This document shows positions 1 to 13,631 of a DNA stretch of 64,000 nt, piece by piece. The stretch comes from Adineta vaga. Lineage: Eukaryota; Animalia; Rotifera. A program made the translations under genes and the position numbers. Within the stretch, counting starts at the first letter, position 1. Every line of letters starts with the position of its first letter. The notes below the pieces were generated by a model. That model was not told where the DNA came from, searched no databases, and saw only the letters and a program-made list of their open reading frames with translations. The stretch lies in NCBI GenBank assembly GCA_021613535.1, contig CP075493.1:9920001-9984000 (forward strand). Direction: 5' to 3'.

Positions 1-1936
1 ATCGACTTAAACCTTGTGATACTAAGAACTTAATCGTATCCTCTAAAACAAAGCTCATTCGATACAGAATTTATACTAAAGAAAAACTAGCTAACCTCGA
101 GATGATGCATAGTTTTCTAAAAGACCAATACGTTTTAAATGTGTTGGTGACATGGCTGCTAATGCAATGGCATCACCGATTGCTTCGCTAAATGCTCCAT
201 GTGGTGAACGACGAAACCAATATGGCAATGATTTATATTGTAAATAATGTTGAATATGACCCATTTCATGATGAACAATATAAAAATCACGCGATGTTAA
301 ACTTGTACACATACGAATTCTATGACAAGGAAATTCTCAATATTTCGATGAATAACAATCGAATAAAATCATACCGAACATCATCATATTTATACATATC
401 AAAAGCAGTTGGATGACAAGCCATATGTCGATCAGGAATCTTTTTAAAAACTGAGAAATTCCAAAATCGATCGGAAGCTTGAGTTAAATTTAACGAAACA
501 AAAAATTCATCAGCATATCGAAAGATTTTTTCTTCTGTAAAATTCTAATGAGAAGAAAAAGTTAATTTCAATCACATAATTATAAAGTAAGAAGACAAAA
601 TACTTTTCGTTTCATTGCTGGACCTAAATCAATCCCTTTTACATGGGGAAATGGTAGAACGTCTTTTTCTAAATATGTCATCATTGAACCGAAAATATCC
701 TCTACAAAAACAAAGATTAATTTATGTTTTTATGAATTCATATTTGATACTGGTTAGATGAATTGGAATAGGTTGATCCAGTTGAATGAGACCAGGATAG
801 AGTCGACTCATCTGTTGCCTTATATAAGCATGTAAAAGACGATGTAATGGTTTTAATTCTTGCCATAATTGTTCGACAATACGACGTTCTTCATCGTTTG
901 TTGTTGAATCCGTTTTATCATTCATACCTTTGAAGAAAATCAAAATGAAATAGTTACCTGAAAAACAGACAACAAATTAGGGAAAGATATTAGACTTTTA
1001 ATCATATTCTCTTCGATATAACTGACAAATTCAAGAAGAAGACAACTTCGAGAATTAAATATGAGAGTGGGTTACTGCTAAGGTACGGTTCTGTTTGGCT
1101 TGTTGATTTTGTACAGCAATTAATGTTGAATAATGATCACGCATTGATATCGGTACTTCATACGTTGCATTCCATAAGGATAATAAATCATCAGGTGATT
1201 CAAGTGAACCCAGTAATTCTTGTACTTCTATTAAAAACAAAAACACATCATGTTCGTTACTAATTTAAATCAACGTACCATCAACGCCTAATCGTGTACC
1301 ATTCCAGATAAATTTTCGATGATAAATTTCTTTAACGCGAGTTTTTAATTTTTGTAATTCAAATTTAATTATTGTATCATTTTCTCCTGCATCACCAATC
1401 GATTGTGTACGTAATAATAACCAATGTAAAGATGATTCATTACGAGCCATTAAATCCTTAAATTTTCGTCCAACAATAGCAATTGTTTTTAAACAAGTAC
1501 GATAAAGTTCATAGTTTTTTTCCTGAATTCAAATATAAGAATATTTCACAAAGATCAACGACGAAAAATTTCTTACTGTTAATCGTTTTTTATTCAAATC
1601 ATTTAGATGTAAATGTGTTTCGAATTCTGATGATGATGTTATGTAAGCAAGAGTCGTTATATTTCTATCATATATATCCAAAATTGATTTTGCCTATCGG
1701 AGAAAAAATAAACGATATGATAAACTTCAGATTAAATGTCACACTTTTGCGCAACTATGAGTTCGAGAAAATAGTTAAAAAGAAAGTTTATTTACATATT
1801 CTTCTTGTTCTTTAATTGTCATTTTTTCTAATTTCTCTTGATCAATATCGATATCATTACATTCGACAATTTCTTCTATATTTTGACAATAAATATTTAG
1901 TATACCAAAGTAGAAAATAATCAGAATGCTTTTCAT
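1..1936 (-). CDS. Angiotensin-converting-enzyme-like metallopeptidase (peptidase M2), multi-exon, 3' end runs off the window start
   Basis: Signal-peptide-like start MKSILIIFYFGILNIYC (ATG 1936). Exons contain WQELKPLHRLLHAYIR, FWNFSVFKK..DRHMACHPTAFD, the zinc motif HHEMGH and FSEAIGD, all typical of M2/ACE. Confidence 0.85.
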
Positions 1937-2484
1937 TCTTCTGTCTAAATAAATATATACGAGTTCAATCATCAAATCTTCATGATACTTACATGTCAAT
2001 AGCAATTGTCTTTTCGACGTCGATTATTTTTTAAAATAATATAATTATGTGTTTGTGTTGCTGTTTGGATGACAGATGATTAACAGACGGATACATACGT
2101 ACACACATACATATGAAAAGGGATGAGAGAAAGAGGAGAAAACCTTTCTGGAAAGATTGATTGCTTTAAGCAATGAATTACAATGTTAGAAGTGTGTTTA
2201 TTGATATAAGAAATATCAACGTTATTCTTGCAATTAGAATGATTCGATGCTATGCCAACAAATATCGAGTTCTACAACAACTTTTTTGTTTCATCTGCTC
2301 TCTCTCCTCTTCCTATTTCAACACTTGCATTCGATGAATACATGCCTATGTATCTTTAGCTCTAAGTTACATCGTGTAAAAAAAAGTATTCACATATTTA
2401 TTTATAATCATTGCAAGGACGAATCTCTTTCGAGAACGATTCTCTTTTTTTTATTTATCGAAAAATATAACAAGTGTATCTTAA

Positions 2485-5163
2485 CTAACAACAACCCGTT
2501 TTCTTTGTTTTTGATGATACATCTATTATATTATTACCACTACGTAATTGTTCATCTTTTTCTTGCATCAATCTAGAAGAAACTAGCAAATTAATATGAT
2601 AAATTCATGAAATGACTTATTACCGAGCAACGGCTTCCATTATTTCTATAACTGATGTTCCTAATCGAGCACTACTTTCAAAAAATAAACATCCATATTC
2701 CTACATATCAATACATTGCTATCCTTTCAAAGAGTTTTCATAAATATTCAACTTACATCTGCTAATTTCGATCCATCTTTATATTTCACCGGTCTCTGTT
2801 CATCATCATTACATAAATCAATTTTATTTCCAACAATTGCTACGATACAATCTTCATTCGCAGAATCCTAGAGAAAAAGAAGATTTTCTAATGTAAATAA
2901 AAGAAATCTTTACTTGAATACTTGTCATCCATGCTCGAACGTTACGAAATGTTATCTCTGATTAACATCATACACAAGAATAACACCATCAGATTTACGA
3001 AAGTATTGTTTTGTAATACTTCGAAATCTATTAGTGAATGCATAAATAGAAAAATTTTCAAATATAAAAGAACTGAACAAACCGTTCTTGACCAGCCTAA
3101 AGAGAATTTTAACAAAGTATAATTATATAAAGGAAAACTTCTCGTCCTACAGTATCCCATAATTGTAATGCTATAATACAATTATCGATATTGAGCATTT
3201 TTGCTTGAAGATCAACACCAATCGTTGCGGAAAATGCTTCTTTAAAACTATCAGTACAAAATCGTTGAATAAAACTCGTCTTTCCAACTCCACTATCACC
3301 TGACAAAGAAATAGTCGATTTATTTACGAAAATGACAGATTTCTATGATGAACAAACCAATAAAAGCTACTTTATACATTCGATCTGGCACCGCATTCGG
3401 TGCAACATTCTAAATATGAAAATATATGAATTTTTTTGAGACAAATCTTCAGTTGAACTTACCATTAATTCTGAATATTGAAGAATTGAATTAGCACCAA
3501 CAGGCTGTTGACGTCTACCTAATCTTTGATTCCTTAAAAAAATAATGAGAAAAACAACAAGAAAATACTTTATTACTCAAAATGATTTTGATTTTGTAAT
3601 GCAAAAGAATTATTTTCATTGGTGTCTGTTGAATCATCATCTTCTTCAGGTTCGCTATCACCTCTAGAAATGAGATATCAAACATTTCAGTTTTTCTATT
3701 TTGACATTAAAAGAATCTGATTAACAGCTTTCAATGAATACCTGTGTGGTGAAGTGAAATAATCCGATAGAACCGAACCTTGCCTTCGTAATGTATAATG
3801 TGATGGCGACAGATCTCTTCCTTGTAACTAAAATCAGATGGTTTGTATATGACTGAATTGACTTTTTGACTTACACTTGCACCGTGTTGAATATCACGTT
3901 CGTCAACTAATCGTTTGTTTAACGTTCTATAGAATATAAAATGATCTAGATGATAGAAGAGATATTTCTAAACAAACTTCAGTGTATCTAATTCTTTTAC
4001 AAGATTTTCACGTTCAATAGCAAGATTTTCTGTTAAACTTAATGTCTGTCTAAATACAAATGATATTTCATCGAATCAATAAGTTTTCATATACAAACTT
4101 TGCTCGATCACGTTTTTCTTTTTTTGTTTGAATTTGTAATTGAGTAATATATTGTTTTGATTCTTGATATTCTCGTGCTAATTCTTGTAATTGCTGTTCT
4201 AATTCTATTTTTTCCTAAAGAAAAACAAATCATTGCCATTCAAAGAAAAAGTTTCGATATTTTCAAAAGAGATACTTTTTGTAATCGTTCATTATCACTT
4301 TTCGTTTCTGTTTCATTAAGATTTATATGAAGCAATTTGATTTCTAAATCTTTTTGAAGCTTTGTTACTTCCGTTAATTGTTGTTCTTTTGAACGTAATT
4401 CTTTTTCCATTTGTTCACGAAGTTCACGTTCTTTCAATTTTTCCTTCCAAGAGAAAAGAAAAGAAAAGAAGCAATTTCATCATTCAATAATCTTCAATTT
4501 CATTGAATATTTACTTCTTCAAGAACTTTCGTTTTTTCAATTTTAATTTGTTGTTCCATTTCATCATAGAGCTTCTTTATTTCATCATTATATACATTCG
4601 ATTTACTTTGTAGAACAGCTTCAATACTTCGATGATCCGATTTTGAACGTTTGATTTCATCTGTAACTTTACCAATAAATTGTTCGAATTGTCGAAGTAA
4701 TGTTGGATCAGTTTCACGTAATTTCATCCATAATCCCATGATTGTTTCTTCATCATCATAGAGATTTTTTGCACCTAAACTTTCTAATGTCTCCTGAAAG
4801 ACTTGTTGTTCTTCATCTTTTTCAGTGACATCATGTCCAATAAATTCTTGTTCATCATCATTATTATATTTCATTTGATTACCAAGAAACATTCCAAAAC
4901 CAGCTACGAAAGAAAAGTATTCAATTTCATTGAAACATAAAAAGTCATCTTTACTCACAGGTAAATTCTTCTAATGTAAGAAAACCATTATGATCTACAT
5001 CTAGAGAATCAAAAACATCTTCTAATTGTTCAGGTTCAACACCAAGTTCATCACGTAAACGTTGCATATCTTTTTTAATAATAAAACCTTTCTGTTCTTT
5101 ATCACATGAATTAAATAATTCTTCAGCTTTAGATGTTATCAAGTCTTGAATATTGTCGGTCAT
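2485..5163 (-). CDS. Large Rab GTPase with N-terminal EF-hands and coiled coil (RASEF/Rab45-CRACR2A family)
   Basis: EF-hands ([23 protein letters not shown]), long coiled coil, GDSGVGKT, spliced WDT|AGQER|[21 protein letters not shown], and C-terminal KKTGCC* prenylation motif (stop 2485-2487). Many short introns. Confidence 0.88.
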
Positions 5164-6026
5164 ATTTGTTGATCTAAAGTCAAAAATGTCTTCGTCAAAA
5201 TAAAAATGAATTTAGTCTTTATGCATCATATGTCTCATTCAGCTGTTGCTTAAGCATAGACTTCTTTTGCACCTCAACGCCACCCTCCTTCTCTCGTAAT
5301 AAAACTCTTTTATATTCAAATGATAGAATAGTTTCGCTGCTGAATTAGCTTGTAATATGGCAAGGTAGAATTGAATACACTGAATGTTAATAAATACATA
5401 AATAATCGGTTTTTTCTCTCTTCTCTTTCATATCAATATGTACATAAAAAAATACGAAAAAAAATAACATGTTATCGTTGTACGAATCTTGACGGCAGCT
5501 GCTACTGCTGCTATTCCTTGAATTGTTTAGATCGAAGCACTTGGTTATGTTTTTTTTTCAAAACCGTCATTTTTCATTAACGATGCAAACGATGCGTATA
5601 AAATACATTGAATTGCCAATCGTGCAATAATTGAGTCATCGCATAGATGATGACAAACAGAAAATCTGTCATAGTAACACGAAGAAACTGTTTTCTTTGT
5701 ATCAAACGAAAAAGGAGATCGTTATGCATGCTTAGATTTTGATTGAATATAAACTTCTCTTTACATATGGATGAAATTTAATTGAACTATTAAATCCATG
5801 TAAATTTTCGTCAGTTCTAGGTGTTCTACACGAGACAGTGTAGTTAAGTTTGAAAAATCGGATGAAAATGTTTTCTTTTCGTGTCGACCTGTTGTTTTAA
5901 TCGTCAAACGTTTCTTTCAGAACGTAGAGCAACTCAAAAAAACAACATCGAAAGATTTACTCGATTATTCAAAGGTTTCAATCAATGTATGTTTGTCTTT
6001 TTTGGTCGTCAATTTAAAAGAAAATA

Positions 6027-7029
6027 ATGCGACAACCAGTAAGAGGCAATAAAAAATCTGCCGTTCAACCGGTAGTAATTATAAATGAGAATGTATGTAT
6101 TATCTAAATGTCGAAAGATCAAAACTTATGATTATGAATTCTTTTGTTTAGAAATTTACTCCAAAAGTTTCGGAACGAACGATTCAAAAGAAACAAAAAG
6201 CAAGAGAACAAAGATTAAACCCAGGAATGTTTGATGGCACTCTCAATGCATGTGGTATCATTTGTCTCTATCTTTTTTTAATCGTTTGTGTCCTTATTGG
6301 AGCTGGTTTGTTAACATAGTTTTCAATTGAGTTCCTTTTCGAAGATTTTTTTTCATTCTAGGTGGAATAGTTGTTTGTATTATCTATTTTAGTAAGTTAT
6401 TCATTCGTTATTTGTATGAGAGAGAGAAATCATGAACATTTATCATTATAGATGTTGATAATAATACACAAATTTGGAAAATTATTGGAATTGTACTTGG
6501 TGGTTTGACATGTATTATTGGAATTATTTTAATTCTTCTTAGTATATTTAAACAAGTACGAAATCGACCATGGAAATCGAAAAAAGAAGAAAAACTTGTT
6601 AGTCATGAAGTGTATGAAGATGATGACGATGTCGATGTCGAAGATCTCACTATAAATCCGAAAGATATTCACGAAACAAAAGAAACAGCTTCATCTCCTA
6701 TACCACATCCATCCTATATTCCTTCAAAAGCAATTTCGACGGAACCAATCTTTCAACCAGAACATATTTCCATTGCAATTCAAACCGAAGAAAATAAACG
6801 ACATACAGTTATCGACCGAACGAAGAAAATATCGACAACAATGGAAACTCAAACAAATCTAAATCCAGATTCAGTAGATAATGTTTTCTTTCGACGAGTG
6901 CCTGTCGCAACTGCAAAAGTTGTTGTTCAACAACCTGCAACGAAAGTTATGATTGTTCGAGTACCAAATACTGCTGGTGAATTGATTATTCAACCACCAA
7001 GAGAATCACTAATGCACGATAAAAAATAA
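6027..7029 (+). CDS. Uncharacterised membrane protein (about 2 TM helices, low-complexity cytoplasmic tail), 4 exons
   Basis: ATG 6027 (MRQPVRGNKK) splices in frame through GT-AG introns to hydrophobic GIICLYLFLIVCVLIGAGGIVVCIIYF and IIGIVLGGLTCIIGIILILLSIF, ending in ORF 6505-7029. Confidence 0.6.
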
Positions 7030-7973
7030 CATCAAACTTTTTCAATGTTTGTTATTTTTTCATAATCGATACTACGTATATATATATATATATATAATGA
7101 GATAAATGTATATAATATTATAATCGCATGCCCGAATACTTAGTTATCATGTCTGTAAAGAAAACAGACGCCTGTTCGATAATTTCATTTGATGTATTAT
7201 TATTTTTTGTTTCCGTTGAGGTTAAACAATTCAATGTCATTTATTAATTTTCTCAATATGAGATATAAATATTGATTGAGTCAAAAATAGATTATAAAAC
7301 CTTTCTGATATAATCTAAAAGAAATTTTTAGTAATATTATTGTGCTTGTTTATTGTTGTTGTTGTCGTCGTCGTCGTCGTTTTTCTTCGATATTATCGTA
7401 ACCTAAATACGTCAGAATGACAAAAACAGTCGAGCTATTTCTATTTCTCTATCTCTCTTTCCTGTTCGGGGGAATAGAAATAGTATATTAGAGATTTCCG
7501 CTTGTTATACGCAAGACAATATCTTCTGATCAGAAATAAAGTTGACGACCGAAAAAAACATATCGACGTCAGTGATATTTTAGCTAGTTATCTTGCAAAA
7601 TAGGGTTGACGACGTCACTAATTCTACAAAGAAAGATATCGAAGCGTCCTTCTTTTCTTTCCGGCATAGTGTACTAGCGGTAAATGTTGTTGTCAACACC
7701 AAGGACGATCAGAAAAAAAAGAAGAAAGAAATGGACAAAAAAACCACATACACACAAAAACTGACTGGCTTATGTATACTAGCGAGAAAGAGAGAAAAAA
7801 AACAGATCGTCAATACACTATTGCTGAATAAACACTATCCATACAGGCATACAGATAGAAACTAGTATCTCGAAGTACATACTCGACAAGGTTTTTGTTG
7901 TTGTTCGATAGAGAAAGTAGATGTAAGCAAGAAATACTTGAATTTCTCTTTTGTTTTAATGTTCTAGACAAAC

Positions 7974-9282
7974 ATGTCGCGTCGAGCCCGTTCAATGAGC
8001 CGCCTCCGTGGCATAACGCCCGGACGTGATACAACTTCATCAATTTACGAATATGGATCAGCTTCCAATGGTACTGGTGGAAGCGGCTATTCAACTCGTC
8101 TCAATATTCATACGCCTGATGTGTATGGAGCATTAAATCGTACTCTTCGAGCTACTTCTGTAGCTCGATCTAAGGATGTCGATGATGAATTGTCCGGCGG
8201 TCATTATAATCGATCACAATCGGTAGGTCGTTTTGATCATTTGAGAGCACGACGTCCTTATTCAGCCTATGGTACACATGATTTCGATTATTTTGATCGT
8301 TATACAGAGCGTATTCGAGATAAAACTCCAATTGCTCTTGATACTCATTATTCACATTATAGACCATATTATTGGTATCATACAGCACCACGAACATTTT
8401 ATTATCATTTTCCATACGATGATTGGCGTTATCGACCACTTCATAATTATCGTTCACCTGCACTGTATTCAGCGGCCGGTACTGATTCATCGTATAATGA
8501 TCGTTTTAATAGTTCAATTGATCGTGTATCATCTTTAAAACGTACAATGCGTGATCTTGATTATACACGTGAATTACGACAAATGCGTTATCGTACGCCA
8601 TCAACATTTTCATCAATTACAAGTGGTGATTATCTTGGTCAAGCACGAGACGATGTTCGTCGTGCAATTGATTCACGTGTTGGTGGTAGTGGTGTATCAC
8701 GACTTGATAATCCAAAAGATTATTTTGGACGAAAAGTAAGCAATTCGATTACAAATACAATTGTGAAAATCCTATTTTCTCATCTATTGTAGTATGTTCA
8801 ATTTGAAAAGAGAGGTGTTAATAATGTTGGTGTTCAATATAATGGTTTGACAAGAACCGTTGAACATAAACCAAGTTATTGGAGAGCAGAAGATAATGTT
8901 GAAAGAGCATAGTAAGCATTTGTTTTGTTCATTAGAACGAATTATACTATTTCATATTTAATCTAGTGAATTAAAAGCACAAAATGATGAAACATTAGAT
9001 AAAATCTATGATAATCAAGATAAAATTGATGCAAGTCGTGAATGGCTCTTGGAAGATAAAGCTGGTGTTGCTCCACGAATGTATCATTTTGATATGGATT
9101 CGGTAAGTGATTTTAGAATGATCATATTAAATAAAATGACTTGATATATTTTGAAATTTTTTTAGCGTCGAGCTCGTCGTGATGTTGATAATTCATTACG
9201 TACCATTCGTAATCTTCAACAATTTAAACATGAAACATTCAATAGATTATCACAACCATGGACATTCGGCAAATATCTATAA
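7974..9282 (+). CDS. Uncharacterised Arg/Ser/Tyr-rich protein, 4 coding exons
   Basis: Long ORF 7974-8735, then exons ~8792-8910, ~8967-9102 and 9166-9282 joined in frame by GT-AG introns. No recognisable domain. Confidence 0.7.
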
Positions 9283-10100
9283 TAAGATCGAGAAAGGACA
9301 TTCCGAAGGATGTCTCATTCAACAGGAATAACCTTCTCGAACAATAAGAAAGAAAGAAAGAAGGAAAGCTATTTTGTTCTGCTTCAACTCTATTTTTCTT
9401 TCTTATGTGTGAACCTTTTCCCTTCTCAACCTTCACTATGTTAAAAAAGCATACACTTTTTCTCGTTAATAATACATATCGCTTCTTCTTTTTCTTTCTT
9501 GTTCGTATATTTCTTTGGTTTTTTTCTTGTCTCTCTATATGCATAATACAAATTTAATTTCATACAAATATCTCTACACAGTATATCATAATAAACAGAA
9601 AATTTAAGAAAATTCCATGTATATTCGTCTGTAATGGTTTACAAATCTTGAATTAGTATAATATTATTTGGAGGTCATTCAGATAATGCATTGTTTTAGA
9701 CATAGATGAGAGTAGGAATGTTAGTCAAGTAATAAGTCAACAATAAGTAAGATAATGTGTCATTGCAGAAGAATCGTCGAGCCTAAGTGTATGGTGCCTT
9801 CATCGACGTTTTGATATGCCTCATTCAAGTCTAGCATGATAAAGGTTGATCATTTGCAGTTCTCTGTTCATATCCAAAGAAATGATATTTCCTACATGCA
9901 TCTGTAAGATAGGAAATGTTTCTTTCTTTTATGATACGATTGATAGATTCTCCTAAGGTTAATTGACTTGATGATTAGATTGATTAGATGATATCTAAAT
10001 CTGTATTTCAATCCTTTTGAGAAAAAAACGTTTACAACTCATCTTTGTCATTGTCAGAATAATTTGTTATGCAATTAGAACACTTTAAAAACAAATTACG

Positions 10101-11185
10101 CTAAAATTCATTCGTCTCTGTCATTGTTGGTTTCTTTCGTAGAATTTGCCAGAATTTGAGCCACTGTACACGTGAAAGTCGATAAATCATTTCAGCAATT
10201 TCCATCAATGAAAGAAAACTAATACCAATCCAAAGACCTGTATGTCCACCAACATTAGAAATAACATCAACTGCACTAATAGTTGCTTGTTGATAATAAA
10301 TTTCACTACGAGTTGTTTCATAGGCCACTTCTAATGAAACATAACTCGATTGAATCTCTGATATCCATGATGTTGACCAATTGTGTGGCAAGAGAACTTG
10401 TGATGATTCAACAAACTGTTTAATATTCTTCAACAGAGAAACAGGTGATGCTAAAAGTGACGTTGATCGAGTGTTAAAAGCAATATATGTACAGTCTTGT
10501 TGACAAGGAGAACAATAAGTCGTCCAAATACTTTCTGTATTCATCATTTCTGATTCTGCTTGTCCATAACATGGATCACTTACATTACAAAGTGGTATAT
10601 GAATGGTTTGATCCGAATGGGGAAGTACTATAAAACGTGTGTTCCACGAAAAAGGATTCCCACATCCACATTTTTGATAGCTACAACAATGGTGTTTTTG
10701 TTGAAATAACAATTGAGATGAAATTATTTTCTTATTTACTTACACATACGATTGTGAACAAGTAAGAAAACATGCAATTTCTAAATATCCGTAATCAGTA
10801 CCATGATATTCATTAAACATTGCTTGCATTCCTGTAGTAAGTGTATTACTGCATACTGTATAGGGTGATGGTAAGAAATAACTCGTCTTCTTTTCATATC
10901 CTAATTTATGATGTTGACCAGGTGCAAGTTGCTGAGCTCTCATTTCAATATAGGGTAATTGTCTATTATCATGAACTAATACTACTGCTCCAATACCTAA
11001 AGAAAAGAGGAACACGAATGAAATTGAAATAATGAAATTATCTGTTACCATCTGATAAATGAGGAACATATTGATGTTGATGAACATAGAGACGTAATTT
11101 AAGTACACCATTTCCTCCATTATCAGTATTATACTTTAAAGTTTGACCAAAACTATCTTTCAATTGCGCATTGAATGTGTAACAT
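10101..11185 (-). pseudogene. 5'-truncated copy (last ~2.3 exons plus native stop) of the DEG/ENaC channel gene
   Basis: Encodes QKCGC, ISNVGGHTGLWIGISFLS and the native end MTETNEF*. Homology to the copy at 19.6-21.3 kb stops abruptly mid-exon at 11185. Confidence 0.88.
10111..11185. repeat. 1075-bp direct duplication, copy 1 (partner 19625-20699)
   Basis: Colinear with 19625-20699 with no indels; about 20 substitutions counted by eye (~98% identity). Confidence 0.95.
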
Positions 11186-11225
11186 TATAAATGTGTAGAG
11201 AGGTATTTTGTAATTTCGAAAGATC

Positions 11226-11465
11226 ACTGAGAATTGTATAAAATAGAAAAAAGAAGTTTTAACGATTATGATCATATGTTGTTGTTTTGATGAAAGATTG
11301 GAAATGATACAGAAAACTTTTCTTTTATTTAGATAGGTTATGCTGACTGTGATCTTTTTTCATAGCGGGAATGTGGGGATATTGAAATTCTATTTTCTCT
11401 TATTTTTTTTTCTCTTCTATTTTTTCGCGCGTTCCAATCTGAACTAAATTCTCATGTCAACTGTG
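11226..11465. repeat. ~225-240 bp direct repeat, copy 1 (partner 16194-16418)
   Basis: ACTGAGAATTGTATA...TCAACTGTG is near-identical to 16194-16418. Copy 1 carries a 15-nt slippage insertion (TATTTTTTTTTCTCT). Confidence 0.95.
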
Positions 11466-11870
11466 ACAGAAATATTAATGGAATGGTCTGTATTTAAATT
11501 TTACTTCTCTTGGTATCGAAAAAAATGGTGGCGCTAATATAGTCAAATAATTAAAATTTTGTTCAAATCAATAATTTAAATATGGCTAGGATATATGTTG
11601 CTCAAGTAAAGCCGTAGCCGAAGCTTGTAATTATCGTGCTCGTGCATTTATTGAAATAAGGGAAACAAATGCATCGAAAATGTCAGATATACAAAAATAT
11701 TATGGTATATTATGTTTTCAATATATTGATAAGATCTTTCAAATACCCTATTTTTCGTTTTAGATTCATCAATGGCGTATATAATTAAACATGAAAGAAG
11801 TCAATCGATGTCGTGATCCAAATCAACTTCAATTGATGATTATCAACGATCGACACACATCGATTTAAAA
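11466..11870 (+). pseudogene. Decayed fragment of an unidentified intron-containing gene
   Basis: Coding-like stretches (WNGLYLNFTSLGIEKNGGANIV; YICCSSKAVAEACNYRARAFIEIRETNASKMSDIQKYY) broken by stops, followed by a GT..AG intron (~11705-11763). Confidence 0.4.
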
Positions 11871-12043
11871 ATTTTCAAAAGAAAAAAGGTTTTATATAAA
11901 ATTTCTTAGTTTTCTATCTAAAACTGAAAAACAAGAAACAACAATCACAACATGATTTGTATTTTTATTCTTTCAGATTAAAAATGAAAAATATTCATTC
12001 ATGAACATTTTTTAATATTGTTACACAACGACTGCTTGAACAA

Positions 12044-13631
12044 ATAACACTTGGCACATCAGGCTTTACACCAGCTGTTTATCCAAAAGTTATACTCGGT
12101 GCATTTGCTCAACGAATACAAAATTCGAAAAATCCTGAAAATTTTTCAATTAATTTATATACCGGTGCATCAACTGCTGATGAACTTGACGGTGTTTTAG
12201 TACGAACTGGTCGAATGAAATTACGAATTCCTTATCAATCACATCCTGATCTACGAAAATTAATAAATCAAGGAAAATTAAATTTTATTGATATGCATCT
12301 TAGTCATGTTGGACGATATATAAGAGAAGGAATCTTTCCTTCGATTGATGTTGCAATTGTCGAAGCTTGTGATGTCACTTCAGATGGAAGAATTATTTAA
12401 CAAATTCAAGTGGAATGAGTGGAACTTATCTTAGTTTAGCAAAAGATATTTATATTGAATTAAATCAAATATATCCATTGGATATGAAAAGTCTTCATGA
12501 TATTTATTTACCAGAATTACATCCAGGAAGACCAATTAATATTGATTATGTTGATGATAGAATTGGTACACCTTATGTTCGTGTGAATCCTGAACGAATT
12601 AAAGGAATTGTTTTAACAGATAAATTTGATTCTTCAAAAGGTTTTAAACAACCTGATAATGCTAGTTTTAAAATTGCTAATCATATTCTTGATTTTGTTC
12701 TTCATGAAGTTGAACGTGGAAGTGAGTTTCTTTTTTTCTATTTTCTCTTTTTGATTTCATATCTTCTTGTTTTTCTTTCGAATAGGAATTCCAAAAGAAT
12801 TACTTCGATTTCAATCTGGTGTTGGAAATGTTGTAAATGCTGTTTTAAATCTATTGAAATGTAAACAGAAATTATTCAAGATTCCATATTTGATTTATTA
12901 GATAGTGATAAACTTTGTTTTGCATCAACAACAGCATTAACATTTTCATCCGAAGGACAAACACGATTTTTCAATGAAATAAATGAACTTAAATCGAAAT
13001 TTGTTTTACGTCCATTGGAAATATCAAATAATCCTGAAGTTATTCGTCGAATGGGTTTAATTACGAAGAATACAGCATTAGAAGCGGATATTTATGGAAA
13101 TGTTAATTCAACAAATGTTTTAGGTTCATCAATGATGAATGGAATTGGTGGAAGTGGAGATTTTACTCGAAATGCAGTAAGTTTATTTAAATAATTGATA
13201 TCAATCTATTTGATTTTATCTAGTATATCTCAATATTTATGGCACCATCAATTGCAAAAGGTGGAAAGATCTCTGCTTTTGTTCCAATGGTTTCACATGT
13301 TGATCATAATGAACATTCAGTACAAATTATGGTTAGTGAACAAGGTTTAGCTGATTTACGTGCAAAAAGTCCAAAAGAACGAGCAAGACTTATTATTGAT
13401 AAATATGTTCTTCCAATGTATAAAGATCATTTGAAAGATTATATTCGTGATGCTGAACATAATTCATTTGTACAACATACACCACATGATTTAAAACAAG
13501 CACTTCCATGGCATATTCGTTTACAAGAAACAGGTTCAATGCATCCTGCTCATCCTGAAGCAAAACAACTGACGAGCAAAGAAAAAAAAGCAGCAAAGAA
13601 AATAGATCAAACAGCAGTACCAAAACAATAG
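12044..13631 (+). pseudogene. Acetyl-CoA hydrolase/succinate CoA-transferase (YgfH/ScpC/AarC/Ach1-type), 5'-truncated and disabled, 2 introns
   Basis: Motifs GTSGFTP, YTGASTADELDG, IDMHLSHV, DDRIGTPY, QSGVGNV, TEIIQD, LEADIYGNVNST, MMNGIGGSGDFTRNA, VPMVSHVDHNEH, EQGLADLR, HTPHDL. Introns 12722-12785 and 13177-13223. Lesions: no start, 1-nt frameshift ~12392, frameshifting deletion ~12848, TAA 12862-12864. Confidence 0.9.

Noticed and set aside
3109-3150. Apparent GTPase-dead Rab motif WDTVGRE in the ORF track
   Set aside because: VGRE is intron read-through; the real AGQER is on the micro-exon 3083-3096.
7435-7483. 11-bp perfect inverted repeat CTATTTCTATT...AATAGAAATAG
   Set aside because: Low-complexity purine/pyrimidine tracts in an AT-rich promoter; likely by chance.
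8170-8739. Overlapping alternative-frame and antisense ORFs rich in Ile/His/Asn
   Set aside because: Shadows of the T-ending codon bias of the real gene.
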